Below are positions 1-12,617 of a DNA stretch of 64,000 bases, one piece after another; within the stretch, counting starts at the first letter, position 1; every line of letters begins with the position of its first letter. The DNA lies in NCBI GenBank assembly GCA_951406725.2, contig OX597826.1:51336001-51400000 (forward strand), written 5' to 3'. A program made the translations under genes and the position numbers. The notes beneath the pieces were generated by a model that saw only the letters and a list, made by a program, of their open reading frames with translations, searched no databases and was not told the DNA's origin. The stretch comes from Octopus vulgaris. Its lineage: Eukaryota.

Positions 1-43
1 GGTTCGTAAGCAAGCTACTTACCACACAGCCACTCCTACGCCT
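1..43 (-). mobile_element. SINE family A 5' head (window edge)
   Basis: Reverse complement reads GGCGTAGGAGTGGCTGTGTGGTAAGTAGCTTGCTTACGAACC. Confidence 0.8.
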
Positions 44-400
44 ATATCTATATACTTTTCTGTACATCCGTCTTCCTCTAGATACAATATTTCAGAACCC
101 AAATTGGTATGGTCTTGGGAGGAAGGATTCTATCTCATCTCTTCTCGAGCAGGTCTGATTAGCTAAAGAACAACAACTAAAAACACAGCCTGTCACACAC
201 ATACACACGTGTGCTCAAAATATAAACGTTCATTAATACATGCACATATACATATTGGTATGTATAGACGCATGTCTGGGCGCAAGGAAGACACGTACGA
301 GGTTCGATGTTTGTCCTCTCCCGTAGTTATCTCACAATTAATCAACTCAGTAATTCAATAATTGGTAATTCTTCCAATCTCACTCACTGAAGGAACATTT

Positions 401-815
401 TACTCTTTACTCTCTCTTTTACTGGTTTCAGTCATTTGACTGTGGCCATGCTGGAGCACCGCCTTTAGTCGAGCAAATCGACCACAGGACTTATTCTTTG
501 TAAGCCCAGTACTTATTCTATCGGTCTCTTTTTGCGAACTGCTAAGTTACAGGGACGTAAATACACCAGCATCGGTTGTCAAGCGGGAAACAAACACAGA
601 CTTACAAACACACACACACACACACATACATACACATATACACACACATATACATATATATATATATATATATACATATATACGACGAGCTTCTTACAGT
701 TTCCGTCTACCAAATCCACTCACAAGGCTTTGGTCGGCCCGAGGCTATAGTAGAAAACACTTGCCCAAAGTGCCTACGCAGTGGGACTGAACCCGGAACC
801 ATGTGGTTCATAAGC
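401..815 (-). mobile_element. tRNA-derived SINE family A (CORE-like ACCTTGGGCAAGT segment, internal (TA)n(TG)n)
   Basis: High identity to the copies at 4161, 31463 and 35036; 5' end truncated. Confidence 0.85.
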
Positions 816-2137
816 ATGTTCAAATTTGCTGATATATTCATTTCGTATTTAAATTAACCATGGCAAAATCTTGTTGCAATCAAATAAGGCTACAGACGTC
901 CACACGAAGAAGTGCGAAGAATTCAAGGACAATATAGAAAAGTAAACATAATCTTAATAGCTTTCGTTGTAAAATAAATTGAATTTGTAAAGAACATTTT
1001 CCTTGGAACGAAATAATCGCCGTACAAAGGTAATAAATCCCTCAAGTTACATAAAGAGAATGAACGGTCTCATTCACATAGAGTTAAATTATTTCACGAC
1101 GGAATATATTCGCCAATAGACAACGTTCCTTGAAAGTAAAAAGGAGAATGCCGAATGCAAGTATATTCCTAAAATTTAGTGCACTGCATCTATAATACTA
1201 AACGAAGATATTTCAATAAATGTAAGAGACATTCTAAAAACAGCTATAGCACTATACGCGACAACACACACTCCGCATGTAGCTATGGCTATGATACTTT
1301 GTGTATCATGAATGAAAAGGGCAAAGAATATAAACAATTGTTATTTATTCTCAGCGAAATAATGTTTCAGGAGAATATTGATTCTTTTCTAATCCTATGA
1401 CTGCAAGGCAGAGCATATTTAACTTGCATTGATAGGAGACCTACAGTGCTGACATTGACCGTGATTAATGTAGAGAATAAAATATTAACAACAGAATAAT
1501 GCTATTTTACTTTTTAAAATAAACGTCTTTTTATCACAAATGTTTCACAGTGCTGGGGAGGTACTAAAAAAGTATAGAAAGAATTAAAATGTCATCAGGG
1601 ATTTGACAAACAGTGAGAAACGATGTTAGATACACGGAAAAACCAATATGCAGGTAACGAAACATAAAATATAAATTAATGAATAGATTTACTTTCCATA
1701 AGAAAATTTGAAGAATAAAATAGACAAAAAAAAAAGAAAGAACTCATGAATAGAGAAGTGAATGGCCGGAAGAAATATAATTTACAACAAGAAATGCGTA
1801 GTGCAATCGAAATAAAATAGTAGTCCACAAATCATGAGAGGCAACAAAAATTCGTAATTACTTTGCAAGAAAATATTCGTTCTGGAGAAAATTCTGGAAA
1901 TAGAAAAAGAAATTTAACATGTATACTGTGTGTCTTGAAGACACCTGAAAGAGGTACAGCTATTGGTATCCTTGAATCAGCAAAAAAAAAAAAACCAGGA
2001 AAACATTAGGAAGAGACTTGATTGTGATGTGTTGGTGCAAAAGAACTGGTCTTCTATTGGCGACTTTTTCTCAAACTCTATCATCAATCAGGTCAATGGG
2101 GACCTAGACACACACGCAAACACACACACACACATAC

Positions 2138-2189
<52 letters not shown>

Positions 2190-2217
2190 TATATACATAT
2201 ATATACATACATATATA

Positions 2218-2375
2218 CGACGAGCTTCTTTCAGCTTCCGTCTACCAAATCCACTTACAGGGCTTTGGTTGACCTGAGAATATAGTAGAAAACACATGCT
2301 CAAGGTGTCACACTGTAGCTCTAAGTCCGGAACCATGTGGTTGGGAGCAAGCTTCTTACCACACAGCCACGCCTG
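2218..2375 (-). mobile_element. SINE family A, 5' half
   Basis: CGAGCTTCTTTCAGCTTCCGTCTACCAAATCCAC...TTACCACACAGCCACGCC matches the family. Confidence 0.8.
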
Positions 2376-2421
2376 TGCCTGTACACACACACACACACAC
2401 ACACACAAAGTATGTATGTAT

Positions 2422-3395
2422 ATATTGAAGTAAATGTAGCAATAAGCAAATCAGGCGAGTCGATATAGAAAAAATATTAAAATATCACGTGATCACGTGA
2501 CCGACCAGTCCATCAGATGTAGTAACGCATCGCTGGTCACAATGCGTTCGCATTGTTTTAGCCTTCGAATGACGCCACCCCGCTGGCTAAGCGAGGAGGC
2601 CAACAGAAGAAAGAGTGGGAGAAAGAGTACAGCAGGGATCAGCACCCCCTGCCGGAGCATCGTAGAGCTTTTAGGTGTTTTCGCTCAATAAACACTTACA
2701 ACGCCCGGTCTGGGAATCGAAACCGCGATCCTACGACCGCGAGTCCGCTGCCCTAACCACTAGGCCATTGCGCCTCCACATATTAAAATATACATATGTT
2801 TATATATATAAAAAAAGTCCGACTTACTCAGAATAGAAATGATGACTGGAATTAAAAGGGCTGAATAAGAGTTCTTATGAGTTCAGCACTTGTTTTTTAT
2901 TCGGGTGGGGGATGGTGGTTTGGGGTCCCAAAATAATAATCGTAAATTGATTCCATCACCGGTTAATACTAACCTTCTTCTTCAGGGAAGAAGTTTTACA
3001 TTTGATGTGTTGACAGAAAGGAAAAAAAGAACTCCTGAATAGAGAAGGAGTACTTAAGTGAATGGCTGGAAGAAATATAATTTACAACATCTTTAATTTT
3101 ATTTCTGTCAACACCTTAAAGGTAAAACGTTTTTACCTGAACACGGAGACTAGTATTAACCGATGAAGGAATCAATTCGCAATCATTATTTTGCGCCACC
3201 AAACCACCTCCAGAAACAGCTGTCGGACTCGTAAAACTCTTATTCAACCGCTTTAATTCCTGATACTATTTCTATTCTGTATAAGCCGGACCTTTTATAT
3301 GTAAACATATGTACAATTTTTGTATTAAATGTATTTAATTTTTTTTGTGATTCAATTTGACAAACTTGCTTATCCTTATATATTTACTTCTATAC
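2422..3395. repeat. Diverged inverted repeat; left arm interrupted by a SINE
   Basis: GTGTTGACAGAAA/TTTCTGTCAACAC, GGTTAATACTA/TAGTATTAACC, GAATAAGAG/CTCTTATTC, ACATATGTTTA/TAAACATATGT and GAAGTAAAT..ATAAGCAA/TTGCTTAT..ATTTACTTC. Confidence 0.75.
2486..2779 (-). mobile_element. SINE head C + tail a, with 12-bp target-site duplication
   Basis: Head TGGAGGCGCAATGGCCTAGTGGTTAGGG..GGTTTCGATTCCC; TSD ATATTAAAATAT at 2474-2485 and 2780-2791. Confidence 0.9.
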
Positions 3396-3459
3396 CTGCT
3401 TAAGTTTAAACCTCTTGAGCACTACGAAGTGTATTCTATACGGAGAATATCTGTCTCTC

Positions 3460-3504
<45 letters not shown>

Positions 3505-3625
3505 TAAATTAGAGACAAAACCACTATTAGGCAAATCAAACAATTAAAAACTTAAGCCAATACATATGATTAATTTATATTATTTAAATATATAACAAAA
3601 TTATTAAAAAATATAATTAATATCA

Positions 3626-3689
3626 CACTACGATCGTTTCATGCCTGCTAACATCTTCAAATTTTTGAGTCGCAGTCATTCATCAGGTG
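3626..3689 (-). ncRNA. Minimal type I hammerhead ribozyme (Penelope-like element type)
   Basis: Minus strand: CAC CUGAUGA AUGACUGC...GCAGGCAU GAAA CGAUCG UA GUG. Palindromic stem III (CGAUCG), GUA site, 3-bp stem I. Confidence 0.75.
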
Positions 3690-3757
3690 GTTTAAATATT
3701 TTTCTTGGCGAGGTTTAAACAATGAACAATGAATAAATATTATTCCCTAATATTTAT

Positions 3758-3796
<39 letters not shown>

Positions 3797-4160
3797 ATGA
3801 GTGAAGGCTTGGTTGTGTGGCTAATAAGTTTGCTTTGCATTCATGTGTTTTCGACTTCAGTCTCACTGAGTGATATATTTGGTGTCTTCTACTATAACAG
3901 TGAAAATATGCAAGACTTTTCTCAAGTTCAAAATATGAATCTGTTTTTGTTAACTACGTTCTAACGATGGGGGTTTTTATGTTTGTTAGAAACCAGCTCT
4001 TAACTTACATGAAGACTTCATATAAAGAAAAGGAGAGAACATACGCACACACATGTAAATAGCTAGGCTGGAATCTAGTTGAGTTTGTAGAAAGACAGAA
4101 AGACAGAGGGTCCACAGAAATACAAGTAGGAAGACGGATGTACAGAAAAGTATATAGATA

Positions 4161-4567
4161 TAGGCGTAGAAGTGGCAGTGTGGTAAGTAGCTTGCTTACG
4201 AACCACATGGTTCCGGGTTCAGTCCCACTGCGTGGCACCTTGGGCAAGTGTCTTCTATTATGGACTCGGGCCGACCAAAGCCTTGTGAGTGGATTTGGTA
4301 GACGGAATCTGAAAGAAACCCGTCGTATATATGTATATTTATGTATGTGTGTGTATATGTTTGTGCCTGTGTTTGTCCCCCCAACATCGCTTGACAACCG
4401 ATTCTAGTGTGTTTACGTCTCCGTAACTTAGCGGTTCGGCAAAAGAGACAGATAGAATAAGTACTAGGCTTAGAAGGAATAAGTCCTGGGGTCGATTTGC
4501 TCGACTAAAGGCGATGCCCCTGCATGGCCACAGCCACATGACTGAAACAAGTAAAAGAGTAAAGAGA
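4161..4567 (+). mobile_element. SINE family A, full length
   Basis: A box TGGCAGTGTGG, B box GGGTTCAGTCCC, CORE-like GGCACCTTGGGCAAGTG, internal microsatellite, tail (GTAAAAGA)n. Confidence 0.88.
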
Positions 4568-5727
4568 TATATAAAGTAGTCTATTTCTTACATTAGAAAT
4601 ATCCTCGACAGTTCAATGGCGATAAACTGATGATTGAAATTTAACATGATTTACTTGGTTCCCTTACACAGGAGGTATCTTCTAGAAAAAAAAAAAGAAT
4701 AAACACAAAGACGAAGCTTATAAAAAAAAACCAACCAACCAACCAACCAACCAACCAACCAACCAGCCAACCAGCCAGTCAACAAAAACAAAAACAAAAT
4801 CATAGTTGCAACATGGAAAAGAAATATTTTGCAATTATTTGATCTCCAAACAATTATTTTTAGTTGAAATATCCACTTATCTTTGATAGAGTGTTTACAA
4901 AATATAAATTTAAAATCAGGATGTTGCCATCGATAACACATGTCAAGTTAAATCAACAACGGATGCTTTTGTAAAATTGTTGTTTGTGTTTAAACTGTAT
5001 AATCGTACACGGAACAAACAAAAAAACAGAAGCTTACAACATGTGGTAATAATGATGATGATGACGATGATGATGATAATTATGATGGTAGCGATGATGA
5101 TAACGATGATAAATTCTGAGTCACCAATTTCCGTATCAAGTCAATCACGTCATACATACCTACTTCCATCGTCTTCGTTTTTCTCCTCTTCCACTCTTCC
5201 TTTCTCGCTACTTAAACTGTTCTGTTATTTTCTTTCGTTTTCAATCTTATTTTATATTTTATATGAAGTTATCTATTTTATTCTCGACAAAAATCTTATA
5301 TGATTGGGGAACTTCATTTTTCTAAGATTTAACATTTCAGTTGAGTATTTCGATTTTACTTTTGAACTACTTATATTTTACTTTCATTGGTTTCTTTTTT
5401 TTTAAAATAGGGTACGCTAACCCCGAGGGAGAAATACGAGGCTTTGAAGTTAATATTTTACCGAGAGGACTTAATAATGTGGATGAAGTGAATATATTTC
5501 AATCATAAATCGAAGTTCTGTTGTGGACACGCTTTGCCCGGGGGCTAGCTTTTATTCTTCACCGTTTCTCGATGCTTGTCACTACATTACCAGATGTTAT
5601 TGAATAATTATCCCCAAATTCGTTCTCACCAAATTATTGGAGTTTGCGCTTTTAACCTGGCAGAAGAAGATGATTAAAAAAGGAATGAGTTGTTTAAAAT
5701 TTGCTCAGTTAGGACTGTGCAAACTTG

Positions 5728-6082
5728 CGACCAAAGGCATGCCAGTCATGACCATCTCTCTGTTTTTCGTTGACATCTAGATATGCTTTATTGCTTTATT
5801 TAATGTGTACTATTTGTTTTTAAGAATGTAAGGGGTTATTCACGGGGATCTGGCTCCTACTTTGAGCAGATCGAGCGACGACTATATAGCAGCTCTCTTG
5901 TTAGTTTGTAGAATATCTTCTGGGCGAAAGGCGTTCCAGTTGTGAGTATCTCGTCTCTCCCCTCCGGTTACAAGTGTACTCAGTAGTACAATTTCTGATA
6001 TCCCTTTTTTTCAAAGATGGTGGAATGATTTAATTGAAATGTTGTTATAATTTCTAGCCGGTCGAGTGTCTGCTTAGAAGCT
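5728..6082 (+). repeat. Two diverged tandem copies of a dispersed repeat (AAAGGC.T.CCAG..TGA..ATC.C...GATTTGG.TGCTATTTCTAGCAGGTCGAG-like)
   Basis: Units at about 5730-5890 and 5925-6082; related fragments near 10835-10890, 13135-13180 and 47865-47925. Confidence 0.5.
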
Positions 6083-9000
6083 GTCTTCTTGACTTGAAAT
6101 AATATGCCTCATCCTTTTTTGCCAACAAAGAAAATATCTTTCACTGAAAGGCAAAATCACAACACAAACTTGTATTATGTATAACACTTTGAAATGTAAC
6201 GGATTTAAATGTTTAAGAGAGGAGCGTGATTTATTTGTGATGTACATAAATGTAAGCATGTGTGGTTAAAAAGTTTATCATCACAACCACGTAGCTTCCA
6301 CAGCAAATAACTTCTGTTGTAGCCTCGAATTAGCTAATACATTATCAATGGAAGTTGGTGGACGGAAATTGAATAGAAGCCTACCATGGATATGTGTGTG
6401 TGTGCGTCCTCGAGCACGGTTTATCTGCTTGCATCTGTGTTTATGCTTTAAAGAAACCCTAATATGTAGGTTGTGGAAACGTCGTTGTTCCGAAAAGCGC
6501 TAGGAGAATAGGATATTAATAAAATAAGGAAAAGCCCACATGAGTACTAGGATTTTTAGATCAACCATAACATTTAATGCCTCACCATGTCAAGTTACTG
6601 ATGCCAAGAAAAGAATAAACGAATAAAAAAAAACGTCTTCTTAATGGTAATTCACACGATCTTCTTCGCAGTAGTTTCAGTTAGCAGTTTTATTTTGTCT
6701 GAATACAAAATTTTAATATTCAAAGTGATAAGGAATTGAGATGTTGAAGTGATTAAATATGGTTCCTATTAATGTTAGTGAAAGTGACCCGTGAGAGCAT
6801 CAATTGAGAATCGAAACCAGTACTCGTTCGATTTGTTAGACTCTTCATAATTACTCAATGGTTATTACAGTCTCAGTGAATTATTGAAGGTAGATAGAGT
6901 ATTGGCTATTTATTTCATACGATTGAATGTTATTAAATTTGATTTAAGCAACCCATTAGGTAGCCGATAACCTAATTGATAGTGAAAGTGTTAATTCCAA
7001 ATCTACTTTTATAAAATACAGATTTAGTGACATCGATTTGCTAAAAGTTCTCATCCACCATTAGCATTTCATAACTAAATACTTAATGAAAATACAGCGA
7101 ACGCAGCAGGGCAAGAAATGAGCTTCCGGCAAGCAATGTCCACTAGTTAGTTTCAGTTCTCGTTTTCAATGAAGCCAGTTCACTTCAGTTTCCTCGTTAA
7201 TGCCAAATCCCATTTACCATTTATTTTGTTATAAAATTGGTGTTTCTTTGCTTCGAGCTCAAAACCGATACCAACTCAGATTGTTTCTTTCACCTACTAA
7301 ATAGGACGAAAAACAAAGCAAAAAGCAACCCCATCGCCAACAACTACCACTCCCCACCCAAATCTACAGAGGGAAAAAAATTCCAAAAGAAAAAAAAAAC
7401 TCTTTTTGGTTGATGAAAAAACTTCATTTTATTCGCAGACATTTTGAAGTTGTGAAACATCCTTTCAATGCTGGTTTCTTTTCTCTTGTCAGAAACAATT
7501 ATTCATTTATAAGAAAAGAAAATAGAATATTGTGACATTCGTGCTTTCTACAAAGACATTAGCGGCATAAAAGCGAATTAGCCTGAACGGAAAATTGAAA
7601 ATGCGACTGTAGCGTCTTCTTGGCAGTTTTATTATATTTTAGTTTTGGTGAGTTACAGACGCATTATACAACACTCACCAAAAATAATCATTTTATTAAT
7701 GATGTCTTACATTAGCAGAATCCCGCACATAGTGTAGCAGAGTGGTACATATTCTATACACCCTAGGAGCAGAAAAGTAAACACGCCTACAACTGGAATT
7801 GACGTAGAGATAAGTAACTAAATGCTATTTTATTAGGCCCTGCAGTGCTTCTGTCACTCTAGAACACTTAATCCCTGTAATAATTATCTATCCTTTATCT
7901 TTTTGCTTGTTTCAGTCATTGGATTATAGTCATGCTGGGGCATGTTGGAGGGTTTAGTCGGAGAAATCGACTTTAATATTATTCATTCTAATCCTGGTAA
8001 GAGAAAACATGTCCTGTGCAGTCACGGCTGGAAAATTGACTTGGAGGTGGGTCTCGATTTGTTTTCGAATTACAGATTGGATTTTATAACGAATTAAGGC
8101 AGATTTAAATTTCATATTCCTGAAAGAGAAAATTTTGAGCTTACATTACTGAAGAAAATCAATTGACTATAATCCATATATTATTATATGTGTATATTTT
8201 GCTACTGTTGCACTATCTACCACAGAGGTAATATGTTTTTAAAACACTAAACAAAGGAAGTAGTACTGAAATATAGACTGCAAACTGAGCTATTTTCTCT
8301 TGGTAAAGAGTCAAAAGAAATAACATTTTATAAATTGAAAATGTTAGCATTTATCAGAAAATTTTACCGTCAAAAGTAGGGTATTTATTCGATGCAACAC
8401 AATAGCTTTAATTCTATTTTCTAGCATTCCTCTCTTTTCAAAATAAAGCCTCTGCTGCTGCCCATACAACAGAATTATTTCAAAAATAATATTGAACTTG
8501 TGTCTTGTGAGTTTAATAAATTGCTAAAGATAAAATGAAATGGCTAATGCTGTTGATATGCATGGCTTTTTGCCAATGCAGATGGGTCCCATTGTGAGAA
8601 CGGTTAAAGTTAATAAATTTCTGTTCGCTCTCAGTCCTAGAAAGTGTAATTAAATTTCGGTGATGGCTTCGGTGCTAAAGACAAACAAACCATTTGGGAT
8701 TGATATTTCAATTTAGATAAATAAATACGTCAGCATCTACAAAGTTATTTACCGATAATTTTCTTTAATTATTTTTTATTTTCTCTAATGGAAGAATTTC
8801 ATTATCTAAAATCGATCAAATATTTTGATACAACATTCAGTAACCATGCCAAGCATTATTAATACAATAATCTAATTAACACCGCATTATCGTTTTCAAA
8901 ATGTCTGTTTTTTTTATTTCTTTATTTGTGTTGCACAAAATGGTCAATAATAGCCCAGCTTTTACATATCCTGCACTGATTGATATCATTGTTGGTCTTA

Positions 9001-9823
9001 CTTTGTGTTAAAATGTAGACATATTTATTTAGTAATTTAGTATTTTCTTTATTAGAGAAAATCTTCAACTTCGCTTATGTTGGTTTTGAATTTTCGAATA
9101 CAAATATGCTACTTGCTTACGAAAATGTTTCTTAAAAATAATTTCGAAGTACAATATACATTTGATTATGTGGTAGGTGTTTGTGTCTGTATGCATATGT
9201 GTGTGTGTGAGTATCTGTGTATGTATTATGATTTTAGGAAGACAAACACTTAATAAAATCTCTTTACTATTAGTAATATAACTTGATTACGCAGAGTAAT
9301 TAGTAACTGTCTCGCTGTTTTACAGCATATTTGTCCTGCAGCCATCAGCTTACAATCGTTTAAGAGAAGATGATGACGATAACGCAGGTCTCGGCGGAGC
9401 CTGAAGGGTGCCATGGGCAGGCCCCTTTCAACCTGACAACATTTAAGCTTAGCCGTCACTCGCAAACGATTATAATTTGGTAACGTATACCATACATTCG
9501 CTAATATTTTAGATGCCTACATACTAACGAACAACAATGGATTCTCATCTGAACTCCCATCTTTGGCCTAACTGAATGACGTAGCAGCTGGAGGGGACAA
9601 TAGCATAGCTGCACCAGCCTGGTGCTCATTTTCAGTTGAGAAAACTGTCGAAGCATAATCTATTTTGCTTACGGACATAACGTAGTCGGTCGTAAAAGCG
9701 AACCCACAACCTTATGATTATAAGCGCAACACTCTAAACACCCGGCTATTCACCTGCATGTTAACTGAAAAATATATCTAAGATGTAAATTGACCAAGGT
9801 TTCATGATGGCTTATATATTGTG

Positions 9824-10085
9824 AAGGCGCGTGGCCTAGTGGTTAGTGTTGCAGTTATAATCGCAAGATCGTGGTTTCAATTCCCAGATCGGCAGTGCAT
9901 CGTGGTCTTGCATAAAACACTTCATTTCACAATGCTTCAGCCCGCTCAACTGTTAATGGATAATAGGAGGAAAATTTGGCCTACCCGCTTAACGAGCGGG
10001 GTGGTATCATTTGAAGGCTACAATAGTACGAGGAACTGCATTTTGACCAGCGTCGTATATCAACATTCGATAGTCTGGTCGGTAC
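9824..10085 (+). mobile_element. SINE head D + tail a, degenerate
   Basis: GGCGCGTGGCCTAGTGGTTAG..AAAACACTTCATTTCAC, then GCGGGGTGGTATCATTTGAAGGCTA..GACCAGCG..GTCTGGTCGGT. Confidence 0.72.
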
Positions 10086-10088
10086 AGT

Positions 10089-10148
<60 letters not shown>

Positions 10149-10637
10149 CCTTCAAGCATATAAAAATAATTTTAAGAGCCAGCATGAAGTTTTTGCCTGT
10201 TGCTTAACTATGCAATAAAGGACTCGGATTTCTTCCGGTCAACACTATCTAGGTCGATTGTCCCTATTTGTTCCTTGTGGTGGAGATTCACCAATACGAG
10301 TGTGAAATGGAACTTCCTAGAATAGAAACACTTGACAGATCTAAAGGTGCAATTAAGAGGTTCTGATGTTCTCCTGAAGCTATCTTATAAAGAAAATCAT
10401 GGCGACTGTAGCACGGTCCCTATGGATACCACACTGTGACCGATGGAATGTCTCTCGATGTTTATTTGGATTGTTATTTTTTAATTTTTTTATTTTTGCG
10501 GGATCTTCATATCAATCGAATATTAATGATTTACTTTCACACTCACGGCAAGGAGATTTGTTGGTGGATATCACGTAGGACTCATGCACCTAGAACCGCA
10601 ATGTATTTTGTGATACGTTAAGACAATAAAAGACGAC

Positions 10638-10810
10638 CAGCTGGTAGAAATACTGGCCGAAATGCTGCGCGACGTTTCGTCCGTCTTTACGTTCTGAGTT
10701 CAAACTCCGCCGGAGTCGACTTCGCCTTTCATCCCTTTCGAGGGTCGATAAAATAAATACCAGTTGAGCACTGTAATTGACTATCTCCTTGGTCCTGTGA
10801 CGAAATTTGA
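10638..10810 (+). mobile_element. SINE family B, degenerate
   Basis: GTTCTGAGTTCAAACTCCGCC..GTCGACTTCGCCTTTCATCC. Confidence 0.7.
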
Positions 10811-11473
10811 AATTGATACGTTAAGGCAATAAGATGGAAGCTAAAGGTGATTTAGAGGTTGCTTTTAATAGATCAAACGACCAAACAGAGACTCATCTCC
10901 ATTGATTTGGGTTTGAAATATGTTGTGGACGAACATGAGCATGCAAGGGAATTTTAATGAAATCATCCATTTTTAGAAGATAAGAGACACTTTAAAGACG
11001 CTTAAAGAAATCGTGGTTTATCTAACGTCTTTACGGTATCTACTATCTCGTTTAATTATCTAAATTGAAAATGTTCCTACCGAACTAATGAAAAATCTGC
11101 TGACACTCCACCTGAAACATAGCTTTAGATTTATACATGTAGTTAGTGGGCACATGCATTAACGAGCCACTTTGTGAACAATCTTCAGATAGTGGATAGC
11201 CTATATTTCACAAAACTAGGAATGATATGGTTGACTGAGAAATTACTGCTACAAAGCATTAGTAAAATTGGGAAAATGTGTAAAATATTGCAGGAGTTTA
11301 ACAGGTATCATACCCATGTACATAAGTGTAGACATGCAAGCCTTTTTATATATACATAAGTCAAAATATACTGGTCTGCATATGCAGTGACAGTCCTGCA
11401 TGCGCACAGTCAAGTAAATATACATACGTATACATAAAGAGACCTCGATATTATGTAAATAGAGGAATTTATC

Positions 11474-11741
11474 TGTAAATATAATATGTGACAATTACTC
11501 GGCAGCCATGATAAAACTCCGAGTTTCGGATTTCGGGGCGGAAACCCCCGCCGCCATCTCTTCAGTTATCCGGCCATCGAAAAAAATGCCTAGAAAGAAA
11601 CAAAGACTTCAAAGTGGTCATACTGAAGCTCATTTTTTCGATGGCCGGAATACTGAAGAGATGGCGCCGTGGGTTTCTGCCCCGACATCCGAAACTCGGA
11701 GTTTTATCATGGCAACCGAATAATTGTCACATATTATATTT

Positions 11742-11744
<3 letters not shown>
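11474..11744. repeat. Fold-back palindrome, about 115-bp arms, 42-bp spacer
   Basis: TGTAAATATAATATGTGACAATT...AAAAAATG / CATTTTTT...AATTGTCACATATTATATTTACA. Confidence 0.9.
11510..11570 (-). ncRNA. Hammerhead-like motif in the left arm of a palindrome
   Basis: Minus strand: GAUAA CUGAAGA GAU..GGCGG..CCGCC..AUCC GAAA CUC-G-GAG UU UUAUC. 5-bp stem I; stem II needs a one-C bulge. Mirror copy at 11648-11708 (+) has a damaged stem I. Confidence 0.45.
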
Positions 11745-11776
<32 letters not shown>

Positions 11777-11836
11777 CATAGTGTGCAAGTTGATGAGAGA
11801 GAGAAAGAGAGGGATACATTATATATACGTTCTTGA

Positions 11837-12001
11837 CGTTTGAGTACAAATTCCGCCGAGGTCGACTTTGCCTTTCATCCTTTCGGGGTCGATAAATAAA
11901 AGTACCAGTTTCGCACTGGGGTCGATGTAATCGACTTAATCCTTTTGTCTGTCCTTGTTTGTCCTCTCTATGTTTAGCCCCTTGTGGGCAATAAAGAAAT
12001 A
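11837..12001 (+). mobile_element. SINE family B, 5'-truncated (tail Y)
   Basis: Central domain and tail match. Confidence 0.8.
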
Positions 12002-12314
12002 TATATATATTCATAGATACATACATTATATATATATGTGTGTGTATATATATATATAAATATATGTATGTATTACGTATGTATGCCTTTAGGTTAAGAC
12101 AAGCTCGTTCTCAGTTGACAAATTTCTGAAATATAAAACCACGCATTGCTATATATTAGGCTATTCAGAGAGTGATTTAGGGCAGTATAGTTAAAGCGCT
12201 AAACCAAATATCTTTCAGTATTTAGCTACGTCCTTTCACACTTTGAATTGAAATAACACCCAAGGTGCAATTACATTTCATTCTTTCGAGATCGTTAGCA
12301 TAAATACTAGTTAT

Positions 12315-12617
12315 CACGTGACCGTGACCGACCAGACCATCAGAGGTTGTTACACATCGCTGGTCACAATGCGTTCGCATTGTTTTAGTCTTAGAATGAC
12401 GCCACCCCGCTGGCTAAGCGAGCAGGCCAACAGAAGAAAGAGTTGGAGAAAGAGTGGTGAAAGAGTATAGCAGGGATCACCACCCCTTGCCGGAGCCTCG
12501 TGGAGCTTTTAGGTGTTTTCGCTCAATAAACACTCACAACGCCCGGTCTGGGAATCGAAACCGCGATCCTGCGACTGTGAGTCCGCTGCCCTAACCACTA
12601 GGCCATTGCGCCTCCAC
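12315..12617 (-). mobile_element. SINE head C + tail a, nested in a decayed family B SINE
   Basis: High identity to 2486-2779; near-TSD AC(T/C)AGTTAT at 12306-12314 and 12618-12626. Confidence 0.88.

Noticed and set aside
2955-2990. CUGAAGA plus GGUUA/UAACC hairpin on the minus strand as a hammerhead
   Set aside because: No GAAA follows the stem in either arm.
4005-4539. Recurrent peptides such as RRASFSFRLPNPLTRLWSAR and SVSVYQIHSQGFGRPE
   Set aside because: They are translations of SINE family A, not a gene family.
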